From assembly GCA_029261065.1 (NCBI GenBank), contig JAJDCB010000011.1, positions 111,168 through 175,167 of the forward strand: a stretch of DNA of 64,000 bases, read 5' to 3'. Source of the DNA: Candidatus Omnitrophota bacterium. Lineage in GTDB: Bacteria; Omnitrophota; Gorgyraeia; Zapsychrales; Zapsychraceae. Numbering within the stretch: position 1 is the stretch's first letter; each line of letters begins with the position of its first letter. Below are positions 60,846 through 64,000 of the stretch, one piece after another. The notes under the pieces were generated by a model. It did no database searches and had not been told where the DNA came from. It saw only the letters and a program-made list of their open reading frames with translations. The translations under genes were made by a program, and so were the position numbers.

Positions 60846-61536
60846 TGCGCTTTCTTTTCTTGATCATTTAGATGAGTTTCGATCAAGAGCGATTAAAATT
60901 GCTTTAGTTGCGATGTTGTGCTGCTTTTGCGTCTATCCATTTATAGACCGTGTTCTCGCCTTTATCATAAAACCGGTAGGAAAGATCGTCTTTACTTCTC
61001 CCGCTGAAGGGTTTATCGCCCATATGACTCTTACCATTTTGTGTGGAATATTAATTTCGATACCCTTTTTGTTTTTCCAAATCTGGCAATTTGTTGCTGT
61101 CGGTTTAAAAGAGAACGAAATGAAGTATATTATGTTACTTGCCCCCATTTCTTCTTTACTTTTTTTCTTGGGAGGTGCATTTGCATATTTTATTGCTTTA
61201 CCAATCTCGATTAAATTTCTTCTAGGGTTTTCAACGCCTTCCATGCTTCCTATGATAACAATCAAAAGTTATCTTTCTTTTATTGGTACTCTCGTTCTAG
61301 GTTTAGGTATTGTTTTTGAATTACCGTTAGTTCTTTTTTTTCTTACCAAGATTGGCATTGCTACACCAGCATTTTTGCAGCAAAAAAGAAGGTATGCGGT
61401 TGTATTGATTCTTGTTCTGTGCGCTATCATTACACCTCCGGATGTCATTACGCAATTGATTATGGCTGCTCCTTTGATTATATTATATGAGATTGGAATT
61501 TTGGTGTCGCGCTGGACTTATTCAAAGAATACTTAA
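60829..61536 (+). CDS. tatC: Twin-arginine translocase subunit TatC
   Basis: LSFLDHLDEFRSRAIK (the conserved hLxELRxRhh block) and 6 TM helices. The start is chosen at the ATG overlapping the tatA end by 17 nt; the track ORF begins at a GTG at 60799. Confidence 0.8.
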   Translation: MNQNPNALSFLDHLDEFRSRAIKIALVAMLCCFCVYPFIDRVLAFIIKPVGKIVFTSPAEGFIAHMTLTILCGILISIPFLFFQIWQFVAVGLKENEMKYIMLLAPISSLLFFLGGAFAYFIALPISIKFLLGFSTPSMLPMITIKSYLSFIGTLVLGLGIVFELPLVLFFLTKIGIATPAFLQQKRRYAVVLILVLCAIITPPDVITQLIMAAPLIILYEIGILVSRWTYSKNT

Positions 61537-61556
61537 AAATACATAAAATAGGTGTT

Positions 61557-63677
61557 ATGCAACAAAAGCGTTTTTCCACATTTGATGGCGTCTTTACACC
61601 CTGCCTTTTAAGTATTTTGGGTGTTATTATGTATTTAAGGCTCGGTTGGGTTGTTGGCCAAGTGGGGTTTGCAGGAACTTTGGGTATTATTTTTCTTGCC
61701 AATCTTATAACATTGGCTACAGCTCTTTCGATGTCGAGTATTGTTACGAACATTCGTATTGGGGCGGGCGGGGCTTACTCTATTATAGCGAAGTCTTTAG
61801 GGTTAGAAGCCGCTGGAGCAATCGGTGTTCCACTTTATATTTCTCAAGCCATCTCTGTAGCCTTTTATATCACGGGTTTTAGTGAGTGTTGGAGTTATGT
61901 TTTTCCTCATCATGTTCCTCTTTTTGTTTCCCTTCTTGTATGGTTTATTCTTTTTATTATAAGTTATCTAAGCGCTGAGTTTGGATTTAGGCTTCAACAT
62001 GTCGTTATGGGAATTATTGGTTTATCTATTGTTTCTATCATTTTTGGTAAAAATGTTGATGGAGGAGAAAGTCTTGGAGTTACTTTTTTCTCAACAGTTA
62101 ACTTTTGGCATGTGTTTGCTATTTTCTTTCCCGCTGTGACAGGCGTTTTAGCAGGAGCTTCTATGTCTGGAGAGCTCATTGAGCCAAAAAAGAATATACC
62201 ACAGGGGACATTGTGGGCTATAGTGGTGTCATTCTTAATTTATGTCATTTTGACATATTGTTTTGCTACCCAGGCTTCAGCTGAAGCCTTAAGTTCAAAT
62301 GTTTTTCTTGCTATTGATATGGGCCGGTGGAAAGGTATTGTTATTGCAGGCATTATGGGCGCGACATTATCTTCAGGATTAGCCATGTTTATTGGGGCCC
62401 CACGTGTTTTATTTGCTTTGGGAAAACATTCTTTAGTGCCATTTTCTTCATCATTTTATCAATCGAATAAAAAGGGTGAACCAACGAATGCTATTTTACT
62501 AACAGCGCTAATTTCTTTAGCTACCGTGTTGTTAGGAAATCTAAATCAAATTGCTGGATTGCTCACAATGTTTTTTCTAATTACATACGGCATGATTAAC
62601 GTTAGCGTTTTTATAGAACAGACTATTGGGATAGTAAGTTTTCGACCAAGTTTTCGGGTGTCTAAGTTTGTTCCTTTTTTAGGAGGCTTGGGTTGTCTCG
62701 TTGTCATGTTTTTGATTGATGCAAGATTTAGTATCATTGCTATTGTTGCGATTATCGTTATTTATATGATTTTAATTAAAAGAGAAGCTAACATTTATTC
62801 TCCGGATGTAAGAAGTGGTATGCTTGTATTTTTGGCAGAACGATTTGCAAATGCTGCGCATAGACTGCCCTATTATCCAAAGATTTGGAAACCCAACTTA
62901 ATTATTCCATTTGATAATGTCGCCAGCTTAACGTATTTAGCAACATTCATCCAGCACATCGTTGCTCCTGCCGGTCGAACAAGTTTTGTACATCTCGTTG
63001 ATTTGGAGAAGAAAAAGTTGGAGAAGAAAGTTGCTCGTGATGAGCTTAAACTGTCTGTTGAGAGTTTAACCTCAAGTGGGATATTCGTTGAGACGATTGT
63101 TGTGGATTCTGAACACAAAAAAACGGAATTGAAGACTGTTATTCAAACGATGCGAGGGATGGTCTTTACGCCCAACACGTTATTTTATATGCTTAATGAA
63201 ACAAAACAAAGAGATCCGGATGCTAAGGACATAATAAAATTAGCTTCGGAAGAGGGGATGGGAATCATTGTCTTAAATTATGATCGAATAGGATTTGGAG
63301 GTGAAAAGCGTATTAATCTTTGGATTAGGCAAAATAGTCCGAATGTGAATCTTGCAATTTTAATTGCATTACAATTACAACGTAATTGGGATGGACATGT
63401 GCGTATTTTACAGGTTGTTGAAGATAGCAGTGAAAGGGATTCTTCTATAAAACATTTGGAGAAATTAAAAGACATAAGCCGTATGCCTAGTCATGTGACG
63501 ATTGATGTTCTTGTTGGTACATTTATGGATAAGCTTAAAAATGCACCACAAGCGGATATTAATATTTTTGGTATGGCGCAAGAAACTAACATTGAACCAA
63601 TTTATGAAGTAACAAATCAAATCAAAACATCTGTTTTATATATAAAGGATTCGAGTCATGAAAGTGCTGTGGCGTAG
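61557..63677 (+). CDS. Cation-chloride cotransporter (SLC12/CCC-like, APC superfamily) homologue with a C-terminal cytoplasmic domain
   Basis: FDGVFTPCLLSILGVIMYLRLGWVVGQVG matches the CCC TM1 signature GVF.P...NI.GVI.FLRL.WIVG.AG. ~12 TM helices, plus a ~270-aa hydrophilic C-terminal domain. Confidence 0.75.
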   Translation: MQQKRFSTFDGVFTPCLLSILGVIMYLRLGWVVGQVGFAGTLGIIFLANLITLATALSMSSIVTNIRIGAGGAYSIIAKSLGLEAAGAIGVPLYISQAISVAFYITGFSECWSYVFPHHVPLFVSLLVWFILFIISYLSAEFGFRLQHVVMGIIGLSIVSIIFGKNVDGGESLGVTFFSTVNFWHVFAIFFPAVTGVLAGASMSGELIEPKKNIPQGTLWAIVVSFLIYVILTYCFATQASAEALSSNVFLAIDMGRWKGIVIAGIMGATLSSGLAMFIGAPRVLFALGKHSLVPFSSSFYQSNKKGEPTNAILLTALISLATVLLGNLNQIAGLLTMFFLITYGMINVSVFIEQTIGIVSFRPSFRVSKFVPFLGGLGCLVVMFLIDARFSIIAIVAIIVIYMILIKREANIYSPDVRSGMLVFLAERFANAAHRLPYYPKIWKPNLIIPFDNVASLTYLATFIQHIVAPAGRTSFVHLVDLEKKKLEKKVARDELKLSVESLTSSGIFVETIVVDSEHKKTELKTVIQTMRGMVFTPNTLFYMLNETKQRDPDAKDIIKLASEEGMGIIVLNYDRIGFGGEKRINLWIRQNSPNVNLAILIALQLQRNWDGHVRILQVVEDSSERDSSIKHLEKLKDISRMPSHVTIDVLVGTFMDKLKNAPQADINIFGMAQETNIEPIYEVTNQIKTSVLYIKDSSHESAVA

Positions 63678-64000
63678 TTATTTTATTGTTGTTTTTTTGT
63701 TGTCTTTTGCAGCCGGTGTCGTGTGTGCAAATGAAAAACGTTTACGCAGAAAAGAGGCTCTCATAGTTGCGGAACAAACAGGAGAAGTGGCGGCGCTGTA
63801 TGGGTTGAGGAATGGAGAGCTTACAAATTGTATCGAGAAATCTGTCAAACGACCATGTGAAAGTTCGTGGGTAACTTGTATTGAAGATGCTTGGGTGGTG
63901 GCCATAAATGTAGGGGAGATGTGTCCTGTTAAGCACGATGGGCGTTTGAGTGTCACGATTGTTGTCAATGATATTACAGGACAAATCATATCTAAATTTC
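63658..64000 (+). CDS. Partial ORF (5' part only) for a secreted hypothetical protein, running off the window end
   Basis: The ATG at 63658 overlaps the transporter stop. MKVLWRSYFIVVFLLSFAAGVVCANE... is signal-peptide-like. The frame is open to position 64000, which is why it is absent from the track. Confidence 0.4.
   Translation, partial: MKVLWRSYFIVVFLLSFAAGVVCANEKRLRRKEALIVAEQTGEVAALYGLRNGELTNCIEKSVKRPCESSWVTCIEDAWVVAINVGEMCPVKHDGRLSVTIVVNDITGQIISKF

Noticed and set aside
63678-63989. Minus-strand ORFs 63678-63989 and 63742-63984
   Set aside because: They lie antisense to an open + strand frame that has a signal peptide and starts at the ATG at 63658. The + strand partial CDS is more plausible.

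Overview
This is a low-GC (~37%) bacterial window read from sequence alone. One uninterrupted 23.4-kb ORF (30..23405, + strand, 7,791 aa) fills the first third. It encodes a polytopic membrane-anchored multidomain protein with several recognisable modules: TPR repeats, an HxGH (cytidylyl/adenylyl) nucleotidyltransferase-like motif (GTFDPPHFNH), a GT-B (GT1/GT4-like) glycosyltransferase domain, HEAT-like repeats, a FabD-like acyltransferase motif (GYSQG), a class-I SAM methyltransferase motif I, and a histidine-phosphatase (RHG...SHG) domain. At least 15 copies of a short conserved peptide motif, [ST]-S-S-P-[LMF]-x-[KR], are spaced along it, each encoded with different codons. This giant gene is the most likely 'undescribed system' in the window.

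Downstream of it:
- A small two-gene module whose second gene has a nucleotidyltransferase fold.
- mutL and mutS, each followed or preceded by one of two inverted copies of a ~220-250-bp MITE-like element full of GC-rich hairpins; the copies bracket mutS.
- A cell-surface glycosylation-like locus: two TMTC/PMT_2-like TPR-containing GT-C glycosyltransferases, a Dpm1/GtrB-like GT2, an ArnT/PMT-like polytopic protein and an SGNH hydrolase.
- comM/yifB, an ORF6N-domain gene, a DUF212/PAP2-like gene, a LysM L,D-transpeptidase, accA and rlmN.
- A tRNA-Leu(CAA)/tRNA-Ala(GGC) pair bracketing a GIY-YIG gene and a 136-bp x3 tandem repeat.
- A 121-nt near-perfect palindrome and a textbook sigma70-like promoter upstream of a NifS/IscS cysteine desulfurase.
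- A birA-bioF-bioH-bioC-bioD::bioA(fusion) biotin cluster, then mnmA, trhO (yceA) and a short-type pgi.
- A block of uncharacterised secreted/membrane proteins plus a TerB-like protein, then tatA-tatC, an SLC12-like cation-chloride cotransporter homologue, and a partial secreted-protein ORF at the window edge.

Four copies of a REP-like palindromic doublet (GTCATYCCCGCGAAAGCGGGGA..., which translates as VIPAQAGIQ / ...AGMT) sit exactly at gene 3' ends. No rRNA, CRISPR array or cas genes were seen. All three stop codons are used by neighbouring genes, so the giant ORF is not an artefact of stop-codon reassignment.
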